Virus record (IMG/VR): IMGVR_UViG_3300021354_000450
Span: 64,001 to 128,000 of that record
Source of the DNA: a virus
Reading direction: 5' to 3' (one strand)
Length of the DNA: 64,000 nucleotides
This document shows, piece after piece, positions 8,998-18,128 of this stretch. Each line of letters opens with the position of its first letter. Positions within the stretch are counted from its first letter, which is position 1. Below the pieces are notes generated by a model that ran no database searches, had not been told where the DNA came from, and saw only the letters and a list, made by a program, of their open reading frames with translations. The position numbers were made by a program, and so were the translations under genes.

Positions 8998-11271
8998 ATG
9001 TTAGATCCAGATCAAGATTTAGAAGCGATATTTGAACGTGCTATTAAGTTAGCAATTAAAAACAAACATGAGTATATCACATTAGAACACTTTTTGTATG
9101 GTATGATTACTGATGCAAAAATTGAACAACAATTAACTGAGTTTGGTGCCGATCTCAAATCATTAAAATCAAATCTTGATAAATTTATTAAGAAAGAGTT
9201 AGATGACATTGTAAACATTGAATCAAAAACTCGTCCTAAAAAAACACACAGTGTAGAACGTATGTTAAATCGTGCATTTACACAGGTATTATTTTCTGGT
9301 CGTTCAACTATTGAACCACAAGATTGTTTTATAAGTTTATTTTCAGAAAAGAAAAGTTATGCATTGCATTTTATGCGTCTTGCAAAAATTGAAAAAGATC
9401 CATACCTTGAATTTATTAGTCAAGGCTTTGTAAAAGGCGGTGACTCAGATACTGAAGAAAAAGGTAATCCACAACTTGAAAAAGTCTTAGTTCAATACTG
9501 CGTTAACCTTAATAACCAAGTTAAACAAAAGAAAATTGATCCTGTTATCGGCCGAGATAAAGAAATTGATGATATTTTATTAATACTTGCTCGTCGTCAA
9601 AAATCAAATGTTATGATGATCGGTGATCCGGGTGTAGGTAAAACTGCAATTGCTGAAGGCCTTGCACGTAAAATTGTTGAAGGAAATGTTCCAAAATATC
9701 TTCAAAATCATACAGTTTATAACTTAGATATTAGCGCAATGATTGCTGGTTCGAAATATCGTGGTGATTTTGAAGAAAGATTAAAAATGGTCATCACGGC
9801 CATGGAAAAGAAAAAGAATTCAATTATGTTTGTTGACGAAGCACATATGATGAGTGGTGCTGGAGCAACAGGTGGAAGTGCTAACGATATGTCTAATATG
9901 CTTAAACCTGCACTTAGCAAAGGTACACTTAAAGTTATTGCATCAACAACATGGGAAGAATTCCGTAAGCACTTTGAGAAAGATCGTGCATTGATGAGAC
10001 GTTTCCAACGTGTTGTTGTTGACGAACCAAGCGAAGCAATGGCAATTAAAATTATCACAGGTCTTAAAAAATATTATGAAAAACATCATAATGTTAAGAT
10101 CACAAAACAAGCAATTGCCGACTCGGTAAAATATAGTGCTAAATTCATAACTGATCGTAAGCTTCCAGATAAAGCAATTGATTTAATTGATTGTGCTTCA
10201 GCAAGATTTAAAGTACGTGATGAAGAAGGCGGTGTTGTTGATCACGATGAAATTGTTTTCGAAGTTGCTAAACAAGCAAACTTACCACTTGAACAAATTG
10301 CGGCAAAAGAAAATAAAAATCTTAAAGATCTTGATAAAAATATGCATGGTAAGGTATTTGGTCAAGACTCTGCAATTAATATCTTACTTGATAAAATCTT
10401 TATTGCACAAGCAGGTTTAAAATCTCATAATAAACCAGTTGGTAACTTTTTGTTTGTCGGACCAACAGGTTGTGGTAAAACAGAAACTGCCAAGGTACTT
10501 GCAGAATCAATGGGTGTTAAACTTGTTAGATTTGATATGAGTGAATTCCAAGAACAACATTCAGTTTCAAAGTTTATTGGTGCACCTCCAGGCTATGTAG
10601 GGTTTGAAGATAATGCTGGACAACTTATTACACAACTTCAAGAACATCCTAATTGTGTTTTATTATTAGATGAAATTGAAAAAGCTCATTCGAGTGTTAG
10701 CAATGTGTTATTAGGGTTAATGGATAACGGATTTGTAACAGGATCAAATGGGAAAAAAGCAGATGGTCGTAATGCAATCATTATTTTAACTTCAAATTTA
10801 GGTGCAAGCGATGCTGAACGTAATGCAGTAGGTTTTGGTTCACAAGAACGTGAAGGTGAAATCAATAATGCTGTTAATTCTTTCTTTAAACCAGAATTTA
10901 GAAATAGATTAGACGGTATTATTACGTTTGGCAAACTTGAACATACAACAATGATTAAAATTGTTAAAAAATTCATGGATGAACTTAATGCACAAATTAA
11001 AGACAAAAATGTGCATGTTAAACCAACTGTTGAAGCTGTTGAATTATTGATCAAAAAAGGATTTAATAAGAAAATGGGTGCTCGTCCGTTACATCGTGCA
11101 ATTGACGAACATATTAAGAAACCACTTAGTAAAGAAATACTGTTTGGTAAATTAACAAACGGTGGTGTTGTTGAGATTGACGTTATTGATAATACTTTTA
11201 CTTTTAACGTTATCGAAGTTATGTCAACTGAAAAAGTTAAAATCGAACAAGACGAAGATTTAAAAGACTAA
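8998..11271 (+). CDS. clpA: ClpA-like Hsp100 AAA+ unfoldase
   Basis: Clp N-domain, NBD1 GDPGVGKT, NBD2 GPTGCGKT, GAPPGYVG pore loop, VGFG ClpP-docking-like loop; no ClpB middle domain. Confidence 0.93.
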   Translation: MLDPDQDLEAIFERAIKLAIKNKHEYITLEHFLYGMITDAKIEQQLTEFGADLKSLKSNLDKFIKKELDDIVNIESKTRPKKTHSVERMLNRAFTQVLFSGRSTIEPQDCFISLFSEKKSYALHFMRLAKIEKDPYLEFISQGFVKGGDSDTEEKGNPQLEKVLVQYCVNLNNQVKQKKIDPVIGRDKEIDDILLILARRQKSNVMMIGDPGVGKTAIAEGLARKIVEGNVPKYLQNHTVYNLDISAMIAGSKYRGDFEERLKMVITAMEKKKNSIMFVDEAHMMSGAGATGGSANDMSNMLKPALSKGTLKVIASTTWEEFRKHFEKDRALMRRFQRVVVDEPSEAMAIKIITGLKKYYEKHHNVKITKQAIADSVKYSAKFITDRKLPDKAIDLIDCASARFKVRDEEGGVVDHDEIVFEVAKQANLPLEQIAAKENKNLKDLDKNMHGKVFGQDSAINILLDKIFIAQAGLKSHNKPVGNFLFVGPTGCGKTETAKVLAESMGVKLVRFDMSEFQEQHSVSKFIGAPPGYVGFEDNAGQLITQLQEHPNCVLLLDEIEKAHSSVSNVLLGLMDNGFVTGSNGKKADGRNAIIILTSNLGASDAERNAVGFGSQEREGEINNAVNSFFKPEFRNRLDGIITFGKLEHTTMIKIVKKFMDELNAQIKDKNVHVKPTVEAVELLIKKGFNKKMGARPLHRAIDEHIKKPLSKEILFGKLTNGGVVEIDVIDNTFTFNVIEVMSTEKVKIEQDEDLKD

Positions 11272-11285
11272 GGTTTGATACTGTT

Positions 11286-11322
11286 CTCAGATATACATTA
11301 GGTTAAATAGTATATCTGAGGA
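11286..11322 (+). promoter_or_regulatory. late promoter TAAATA in the loop of an SD-sequestering hairpin
   Basis: CTCAGATATAC(11286-11296)/GTATATCTGAG(11310-11320) perfect IR; TAAATA 11304-11309; GAGGA SD 11318-11322. Confidence 0.7.
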
Positions 11323-11328
11323 CAAACA

Positions 11329-11793
11329 ATGACACAATTAAGTAAAACATTTGAATTTTATAATCAATATTCAACAAACAATGCCCATACCACTCAGGCA
11401 ATCATTCAAATGCCACAGATGGTCAACGGCCGCACACCTCCTCCTGTTTTAACTTTTTTCAGTAATAAATTACCAGGTTCAGCTTATTACAAATTAGGTG
11501 AACGAATTCACACTGTAACGTATACAATTGAAGGTTCTTTTAGAGGAACATGTTCAATACAAGTAAGCAATAGCCCAAGTCCAATTGATCAAGATTGGGA
11601 AACACTTACATCAACACAAAAACAATATCTCGGTTTAGAAACAACGGGTGCTCCTGGAATAAGCGGGTTTGGTGGCGCAATAAGTCATCCTACTCAAACT
11701 GATATGTTTAATTTTACCGGTGATTATGCATGGATACGTGTGCAATTAGACATAAGTCGTGGAACATTGCAAGCCGCAAAGCTTAACTTTTAA
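11329..11793 (+). CDS. hypothetical beta-rich protein (likely virion-associated)
   Basis: ORF after late promoter; beta-strand pattern ending FTGDYAWIRV. Confidence 0.7.
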   Translation: MTQLSKTFEFYNQYSTNNAHTTQAIIQMPQMVNGRTPPPVLTFFSNKLPGSAYYKLGERIHTVTYTIEGSFRGTCSIQVSNSPSPIDQDWETLTSTQKQYLGLETTGAPGISGFGGAISHPTQTDMFNFTGDYAWIRVQLDISRGTLQAAKLNF

Positions 11794-11847
11794 AAAGTTA
11801 TCTAAAATACGCTAAATACTGGATAATTTACTAGGACTGTAATCAAT

Positions 11848-12243
11848 ATGAAACTATTTGAATTTTTTGGAAATATTAACCACGATGTTGATCGTGACAA
11901 AGATCGAGATTCTCAGGCTTTAACAAAAGAAGAAGAACAAGAATTTAGTGATAACGTTTTTTGGTATATTATTGATGAAGATGATCTACATAAAAAATAC
12001 TTTTTGCCAATAGCTAAAGATCTAAAAAAGAAATATGATGATACAACTGATGATGATTCAGTCGATTGGAAAGTTTGGCTTCCGATAGTTAATGCAGGAT
12101 GTACAAAGTACTATAAAGATCATAAAATCGATAAACATCCCAAAGATGCATTCCAACAAAAGTTTCGTATGGAATTGTGTAAACGTTTAGAAGACCACTT
12201 TCATCAAGATATCGCAAAAGGCGAATATAATTTAGGCAATTAA
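11848..12243 (+). CDS. hypothetical protein with MKLFE N-terminus (putative processed head-internal protein)
   Basis: TAAATA at 11813-11818 upstream; LFE motif at residues 3-5. Confidence 0.7.
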   Translation: MKLFEFFGNINHDVDRDKDRDSQALTKEEEQEFSDNVFWYIIDEDDLHKKYFLPIAKDLKKKYDDTTDDDSVDWKVWLPIVNAGCTKYYKDHKIDKHPKDAFQQKFRMELCKRLEDHFHQDIAKGEYNLGN

Positions 12244-12244
12244 T

Positions 12245-15200
12245 ATGAAATTATTTGATTTAATCCACAAACCTGAGATTTTTTCTGAAACAATTGAACC
12301 AACGGATTTTAAAGACATACTTAAAGTATTTTTACCAATAGCAAAGACGATTATTAAATTAGATAAACTTCCAACTATTATACTTAAAAAAACTCTTTCT
12401 TATGAAGATCAACCAACAATGGGACGTTTTTATAACAAAGAAAACAAATTAGAACTCGCAATTGCAAATCGACAACCGGTTGATGCATTACGCACACTTG
12501 CACACGAACTTGTTCACGCAAAACAACATCAAGAACATAAAGATATCGATCCAACAACAGGTTCACCAGAAGAAAATGATGCAAATGTTGTTGCTGGTAT
12601 CGTAATGCGTGAGTTTAACAAACTTCATCCAGAATATTTAAAAGCACAACCTATAAGTGAAGGTGGAAATCTTTCAATTAACGGGCATGATGCAGAACAA
12701 ATAAATCTAAAAGTTACGCAAAGAGGATATATTGTTCCAATACTTAACAATTTATTACTTTCTATTAATAAATCATTTTCTCAACAATATCATGTTCCAT
12801 TATGGAGACCTGAACTACTTAAAAGTCAAAAGTTCTTAAGTGGTAGTTCATTACACTTTTTTAATGTAAAAGGTATATCAGATGAACAATTTGTTACTAA
12901 GAAACCTAAAGTAGGTGATATTGATACAATGGTTCCTAAAGAAAATGAAGCAGAACTTGAAGAATTCTTAAAATCTGTTCAAGGAAAACAAGTTGGACTT
13001 GCAACTTGTCTAGGATTTCAGCGTGGAAATGAACAGTTTAGCAGTTTATGGGAACTAGAAAACCCGCCAATCAAGGTTCAAATTGACCTTGAATTTGTTG
13101 AATTTGCAAACAATGAACCAACAGATTGGGCAAAATTTAGTCATTCAAGTTCTTGGGACGATTTACAAGCAGGAGTTAAAGGAGTATTCCATAAATTTCT
13201 AATTCAATCATTTGGAGTATTAAGTAAAAAAGAATTTATACTTCGAAAACTCGACGGACGAGGGGCAGCTCGTGTTGAAAAAGATTTTCCAAAGTCAGAT
13301 AGTATGCTATCTTTTGCAGTGAGCTCAAAAGAAGGCGGAGGATTACGTGCAAAATACGAACCGGTTCTTGATAAACAAGGTCTTCCATTGTTAATTGATG
13401 GGTTACAGGTAATGCGAGAATTACCTACATCAAATTATGATCACGATATTGATAAAATCTTTTTAACTTTATTTGGAGATCGTATCGGTCCTAAACAGGC
13501 AGCCGCACTTTCACAAGACTTTTGGTCGTTTACTGGTTTATTAAAAGTTATGAATCAAATTTTAAAACCTGAAGAAAAAGAACGAGTTGTTAAGAGTTTT
13601 ATTTCAAAACTTTTCAACATAGGCGCACAGTGTTTATATAAAGATGATCCTGATAGAGATTCAGTAGAAAAATCAGTTGCTGTAGATTTAATGCTCAAAA
13701 CATTACAAGTTTCTGCTCCGGATTATTTAGATGAGTTAAAACAGGATTATATTACCGATGTTAAAACTCCTAAAGTTAAAAAAACTAAAAAGGTAACTGA
13801 AGCTGATGCTCCAAATTATAAACGTCAAGGTATTCAACATATCTACAATCCAGGATCAACTGTTGAAATGAAGAACTTGGACTTTATTGATATGTGTAAA
13901 GAAATTGCTGATAATGGCGGTACATTAGATGGTATGGCAATTAACTTAAAAGCAGACGGTGCTGGGATTCGCTTTGGAAAAGATGAAGCAGGCCGCCCGT
14001 TCTTTATGACTTCAAAAGTTACTGAACCAAAATATGTAGATAATATCGGTGATTTTGAAAGATTTGGTAAAGAATCAGGTCAACCACCAGATCGTTTAGA
14101 ATTTACTAAAAAATACGATGCTGCTATGAGTTTGATCTTACATAGTAACTTTATTAAAGTATTACCACCTGATACAATTGTACAAGCAGAAATGATGTAT
14201 AATGATATGGCACAACAAACACCACAAGGATTAAAGTTTGTAAACATTCCATATGATCCTAAAAAATTAGGTAAATCAATGACACTTGTGCCGTTTATTT
14301 TTAAAAAATATAGCACTGGCGAGAATCTACCTGATGCAGATAAAATCAAAAAAATGCTGTTGTCAAAAAGCGATGCAAATATCAAAATGGTTAACAATCA
14401 ACTTGAACAAAAAGGTGTTAATGTTAGTAAGATAATTGCTCCTGTTGTAAACATGAAACCAGATCTTGTTGCTTCATTAACAGCTCGTACAAGAACTAAT
14501 CCACTTAAAGACCAAGCAATTGAAATTCTTACAAAAGCAAGAAAAGAACTTTCGGATACAATTATAAGCAGTCCAAATATTGTAGGGAAAGACCAATTAG
14601 GTAGCCACATCGAAGGATTGGTGTTTAATTTACCAAGTGGAAGACTTGCTAAAGTTACAAGTCAGTTAATGAAAGATACAATGGCTTCAAAAAAAGTGCA
14701 ACCTGCTCCAGCGAAAACAGATGGTAAGACTGCTGTTGTTGCAATCGGAAGTTTTGTTGGACATATTGGCCATGAACAATTATTTAACTACACAATTAAA
14801 AAAGCAAATCAACTAAATGCTGTTCCATATTTGTTTATTGGCAATGCAGTAGGTAAAGCTGATCCTATTCCGGTAAATGTAAAAGTTCAAACTTGGCATA
14901 AACTTTATCCTGAGTATGCAAATCATATTTCTGCTGTTACGCATGAAGGCGGAAACTTAATGCAAAAGATTAAACATGAATTAATCAATCCAATGCCAGG
15001 TCAACCACCTAAATATGATAATATCATTATTATGGTCGGTGAAGATCAAGCAAATATGCCAATTGCACAAGCTTTAATGAAAGCTGTTAACAAATTCCAA
15101 GGGTATGAACATGTTAAAGTAAGTTTAGAAGTTACTCCGCGTGGTACAGGAATAAGCTTTTCAAAATTACGTGATATTTTAAAAGATCCAAGTGCAAGTA

Positions 15201-15502
15201 CTGAACAACAATATGAAGTTTGGGCACAAGGATTTGATGAAAAGAAATTAGGTAAACCTTGGATTTTAAAATTAATGGAATTGACTAAACACGGAATGGG
15301 GATAACAAAACCTACTCCTGCTGTTACAACTCCTGATCCTATTGCTGAAGAAAATACTCGACTAGATTCTAAATGTTGGAAAGGTTATAAAAAACAAGGT
15401 ACTAAAATGAAAGGTGATACTCGTGTTAATAATTGTGTTAAAGTTGGCGAAGCATGGGAATCGGAAATTGGAAAATTAATCAGGTTGCTTGAAAACAAAT
15501 GA
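12245..15502 (+). CDS. multidomain polyprotein: HExxH zincin-like + Pol-beta-like nucleotidyltransferase + ATP-dependent ligase fold + HxGH cytidylyltransferase-like + CWxGY motif
   Basis: LAHELVH; GSS...GDIDT...QIDLE; KADG...QAE...EGLV...AKV; GHIGH...VGEDQ...ISFSKLR; CWKGYK...NNCVK. Confidence 0.7.
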   Translation: MKLFDLIHKPEIFSETIEPTDFKDILKVFLPIAKTIIKLDKLPTIILKKTLSYEDQPTMGRFYNKENKLELAIANRQPVDALRTLAHELVHAKQHQEHKDIDPTTGSPEENDANVVAGIVMREFNKLHPEYLKAQPISEGGNLSINGHDAEQINLKVTQRGYIVPILNNLLLSINKSFSQQYHVPLWRPELLKSQKFLSGSSLHFFNVKGISDEQFVTKKPKVGDIDTMVPKENEAELEEFLKSVQGKQVGLATCLGFQRGNEQFSSLWELENPPIKVQIDLEFVEFANNEPTDWAKFSHSSSWDDLQAGVKGVFHKFLIQSFGVLSKKEFILRKLDGRGAARVEKDFPKSDSMLSFAVSSKEGGGLRAKYEPVLDKQGLPLLIDGLQVMRELPTSNYDHDIDKIFLTLFGDRIGPKQAAALSQDFWSFTGLLKVMNQILKPEEKERVVKSFISKLFNIGAQCLYKDDPDRDSVEKSVAVDLMLKTLQVSAPDYLDELKQDYITDVKTPKVKKTKKVTEADAPNYKRQGIQHIYNPGSTVEMKNLDFIDMCKEIADNGGTLDGMAINLKADGAGIRFGKDEAGRPFFMTSKVTEPKYVDNIGDFERFGKESGQPPDRLEFTKKYDAAMSLILHSNFIKVLPPDTIVQAEMMYNDMAQQTPQGLKFVNIPYDPKKLGKSMTLVPFIFKKYSTGENLPDADKIKKMLLSKSDANIKMVNNQLEQKGVNVSKIIAPVVNMKPDLVASLTARTRTNPLKDQAIEILTKARKELSDTIISSPNIVGKDQLGSHIEGLVFNLPSGRLAKVTSQLMKDTMASKKVQPAPAKTDGKTAVVAIGSFVGHIGHEQLFNYTIKKANQLNAVPYLFIGNAVGKADPIPVNVKVQTWHKLYPEYANHISAVTHEGGNLMQKIKHELINPMPGQPPKYDNIIIMVGEDQANMPIAQALMKAVNKFQGYEHVKVSLEVTPRGTGISFSKLRDILKDPSASTEQQYEVWAQGFDEKKLGKPWILKLMELTKHGMGITKPTPAVTTPDPIAEENTRLDSKCWKGYKKQGTKMKGDTRVNNCVKVGEAWESEIGKLIRLLENK

Positions 15503-15816
15503 GACAGTATAATATAACAAGTGAACATATTCCTCAAGATAGTTCAGATGATGCGTACCTTGCTCCAGATGATCCTTTACAAGAATTAAAAATTGTTCAA
15601 TATCTTGCCGGATTAGGTGCAGAAGCACGTTTACAAGAGTATCGTGCAAAAAATGCACACAACAATGAAATAAATAAGGGAAGTAATGTTTCGTTAACTG
15701 GAAATGAAAAAGGTGAGTTAATGAAGAAAAACAATATTAAACCAGGTACTGATGAATGGTTTAAACTTTGGTTTAGTAGACCATATCTCACAAATGAAAA
15801 GCCTGTAGGAAAATAA
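15499..15816 (+). CDS. phage hypothetical protein
   Basis: ATGA-coupled ORF ending IKPGTDEWFKLWFSRPYLT. Confidence 0.75.
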   Translation: MRQYNITSEHIPQDSSDDAYLAPDDPLQELKIVQYLAGLGAEARLQEYRAKNAHNNEINKGSNVSLTGNEKGELMKKNNIKPGTDEWFKLWFSRPYLTNEKPVGK

Positions 15817-16182
15817 ATGAGAGCAAGAGAATTTATAGAAGAAAGCAAACTTCGTAAAAGTGCAGTTTCAAGTATACCCGGTGCTCAACAGTATCCTGAA
15901 TTAGATAATAGCAATCCTTATCATTCTTATAGATTTGGGGTAGCAATGGCAGGGGCTCCTGACTTCATGGCAGATAAAGACGGTCCAACTGGACAACATT
16001 TGGTTACAATTGGATACACAAGTGCATGTGATGAAATTACAAATGCGGCGTCAAAACATTTAGGTTTTAAATCAAAAAAATTAACACCTAAAGATAGTAC
16101 AGAAGTAGATACTACAGGTAAACATAGTCCGGTTTCAAATTGGTTGAAACCTACAAAAAAAGAGAAGAGTAAAAAGAAATGA
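15817..16182 (+). CDS. hypothetical protein with MRAREFIEE N-terminus (putative processed head protein)
   Basis: directly abutting ORF; IxE motif near the N-terminus. Confidence 0.75.
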   Translation: MRAREFIEESKLRKSAVSSIPGAQQYPELDNSNPYHSYRFGVAMAGAPDFMADKDGPTGQHLVTIGYTSACDEITNAASKHLGFKSKKLTPKDSTEVDTTGKHSPVSNWLKPTKKEKSKKK

Positions 16183-16967
16183 AAAAACCAAACGTTTATT
16201 TAGACATGGATGGCGTATTAGCAGACTTTTTTACAGAGTATGCAAAACTTGCCGGAGTTGAAAGTGGAAACTATAGAGAAATTCCACCAGCAAAAACAGA
16301 TCCTACATTAAACAAAATGATAGGAACTGATTTCTTTGCTAGATTACCAAAATGTCCAGCGGCTGATCAAGTTGTTGGTATGTCGGTTAAGTTATTTGGC
16401 AAATACTATATTTGTTCAAGTCCTTTACGAGGCGATCATGAAGGTTCAGAAAAATGGAAAAAAGTTTGGATTAAACAACACTTAAATCCACAACCTGCTG
16501 AAGTTATCATTACTCCAAACAAAGCAAAATATGCAAAACAACCAGATGGTACTCCTAACATCTTAATCGATGATAGAGGAAGTAACATCAGTGCTTGGGA
16601 AAATGCAGGTGGTATTGGTATTAAATATCAAGCAGATGAAGATAGTTTACAAGTAATTGTTGATGGATTTGCTCGTGCAAGAAAAATCCTTAAAGGTCAA
16701 GAAGAACACAAACCACAACAGTTAAAAAGTTTAGACCGTAGTTCTGGTAAACTTATTGCTAAAAGTGGTGACGAAGATGAACATCCTACTTCAGCTGCTG
16801 ATTTAACAGTTAAAGAATCTGCAAGTGCTGGTGCAAGTGGTTCAGGCGGAATTGCGTCAAATTCAGCTACAGGCGGTTATGGTAATGGTTTTGTAAATGG
16901 CGGGCCAGGTGCAGAATCAATTGCACAAAAAAAGAAAAAATCAAAACAAATTAAGAGGGTGTCATGA
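16179..16967 (+). CDS. HAD-superfamily 5'(3')-deoxyribonucleotidase-like protein with low-complexity C-terminal extension
   Basis: YLDMDGVLADF (motif I), CSSP, K, ILIDDRGSN (motif IV); tail VKE/SASAGASGSGG. Confidence 0.85.
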   Translation: MKKPNVYLDMDGVLADFFTEYAKLAGVESGNYREIPPAKTDPTLNKMIGTDFFARLPKCPAADQVVGMSVKLFGKYYICSSPLRGDHEGSEKWKKVWIKQHLNPQPAEVIITPNKAKYAKQPDGTPNILIDDRGSNISAWENAGGIGIKYQADEDSLQVIVDGFARARKILKGQEEHKPQQLKSLDRSSGKLIAKSGDEDEHPTSAADLTVKESASAGASGSGGIASNSATGGYGNGFVNGGPGAESIAQKKKKSKQIKRVS

Positions 16968-17701
16968 ACGAAGGTAAAAAAGCAAAAACTGAACAACCAG
17001 ATAATCGAAATTGGGTTGCAAAAAATGCAATAGCAACAACTAAAAGTGCTGCAGGTTATCAAAAAGATCGTAAAAAAGCCGATAAACGCGGTGAAACAAA
17101 ATACAAAGAAAAGTATACCGAAAGTAATGAATACTCTGACGAAGTAGGTATGGTTAAAAGCAATTTACACACAATTATTCGTATGTGTAAAGAACTCGAT
17201 GATCATATGATTAGTGATGAAAATTTACCAGAATGGGTTGAAGAAAAAGTTAGTCAAGCAAAAGCTATGATTGTTTCTGCAGGTGACTATATTATTAGTC
17301 AACACGAAATGGGAAATATTCAAAAAACAGATGAAGGATGGAAAGATGTTGCAAAAGGAGCCGGTCGAGGTTTGGCTGCTGCGGCAATTATCGGAGGTGC
17401 TTCTGGTATCGGAAGTCATTTAGATAAAACTCATCCAAGTCAATTTAAATCTAATAACACACGATATACAATTTCACATAATCCACAAGACGCACAAGGT
17501 CGTGATGCTCAAAAAACAATGTTAAATGGTAAACCATACCTAGTTTGGCATTGGAAAGGACAAGATTTTGCTTATGCATTACCAGTAAAAGAAGGATTTT
17601 GGACACACGATACATTAGCAGATCAATTATTTGAACACGAACGCACATACGAAGAAGTGTTAGAAAATAAACTCAACAAACAACTCAAAAAATATTCTTA
17701 A
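16964..17701 (+). CDS. modular hypothetical protein (putative processed head-internal protein with a hydrophobic helix)
   Basis: segments delimited by MNE/G, YTE/S, TDE/GWK, VKE/G; GLAAAAIIGGASGIG hydrophobic segment. Confidence 0.7.
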   Translation: MNEGKKAKTEQPDNRNWVAKNAIATTKSAAGYQKDRKKADKRGETKYKEKYTESNEYSDEVGMVKSNLHTIIRMCKELDDHMISDENLPEWVEEKVSQAKAMIVSAGDYIISQHEMGNIQKTDEGWKDVAKGAGRGLAAAAIIGGASGIGSHLDKTHPSQFKSNNTRYTISHNPQDAQGRDAQKTMLNGKPYLVWHWKGQDFAYALPVKEGFWTHDTLADQLFEHERTYEEVLENKLNKQLKKYS

Positions 17702-17707
17702 CCTATA

Positions 17708-17746
17708 TTGACATTGTATTATTGAGATATTATAATACAATGTCAA
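17708..17746 (+). promoter_or_regulatory. consensus sigma70 promoter forming a perfect 15-bp inverted repeat
   Basis: TTGACA 17708-17713, 17 bp, TATAAT 17731-17736; TTGACATTGTATTAT/ATAATACAATGTCAA. Confidence 0.85.
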
Positions 17747-17768
17747 CCTAACCTGAAGGAAAATAAAA

Positions 17769-18038
17769 ATGTCAAAAGTATTTGGTGCCCCAGAACAAGC
17801 AAAAATCCGTCAATTAATCTCAGAAGGCGTAACTGTCTTACAAGAAGTTCAAGATTTAAACGAAGGGTTAAATGATACGATTAAAGCTGTAGCAGAAGAA
17901 CTCGAAGTAAAACCAAGCATTATTAAAAAAGCAATTAAAGTTGCAATGAAAGGTGATTGGGATCGTGTATTTACAGAATTTGACGATTTAGAAACTATCG
18001 TTGAAATTAGCGGTCACGCTATTCGTCCAGATGAATAA
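17769..18038 (+). CDS. small dsDNA-binding protein (T4 DsbA / GapR-like)
   Basis: 89-aa helical protein with IKAVAEELEVKPSIIKKAIKVA pattern; upstream of DNA polymerase. Confidence 0.6.
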   Translation: MSKVFGAPEQAKIRQLISEGVTVLQEVQDLNEGLNDTIKAVAEELEVKPSIIKKAIKVAMKGDWDRVFTEFDDLETIVEISGHAIRPDE

Positions 18039-18064
18039 CAAGTTTTAAAGCAATACAAAAATTA

Positions 18065-18123
18065 AAGGTCCGGCGAGCCATAAATCGCAACTTAGAAGGT
18101 CAGTGAGCCATAAATCACGAGGA
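18065..18123 (+). promoter_or_regulatory. tandem hairpin leader element (candidate translational operator) upstream of DNA polymerase
   Basis: AAGGTC-CG-GCGA-GCCATAAA-TCGC and AAGGTC-A-GTGA-GCCATAAA-TCAC, directly followed by GAGGA SD. Confidence 0.7.
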
Positions 18124-18128
18124 TAAAA

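Noticed and set aside
18065-18118. Mini CRISPR array from the GAGCCATAAATC direct repeat
   Set aside because: Only two short copies about 30 bp apart, no spacer-sized unique sequence and no cas genes; better explained as RNA hairpins
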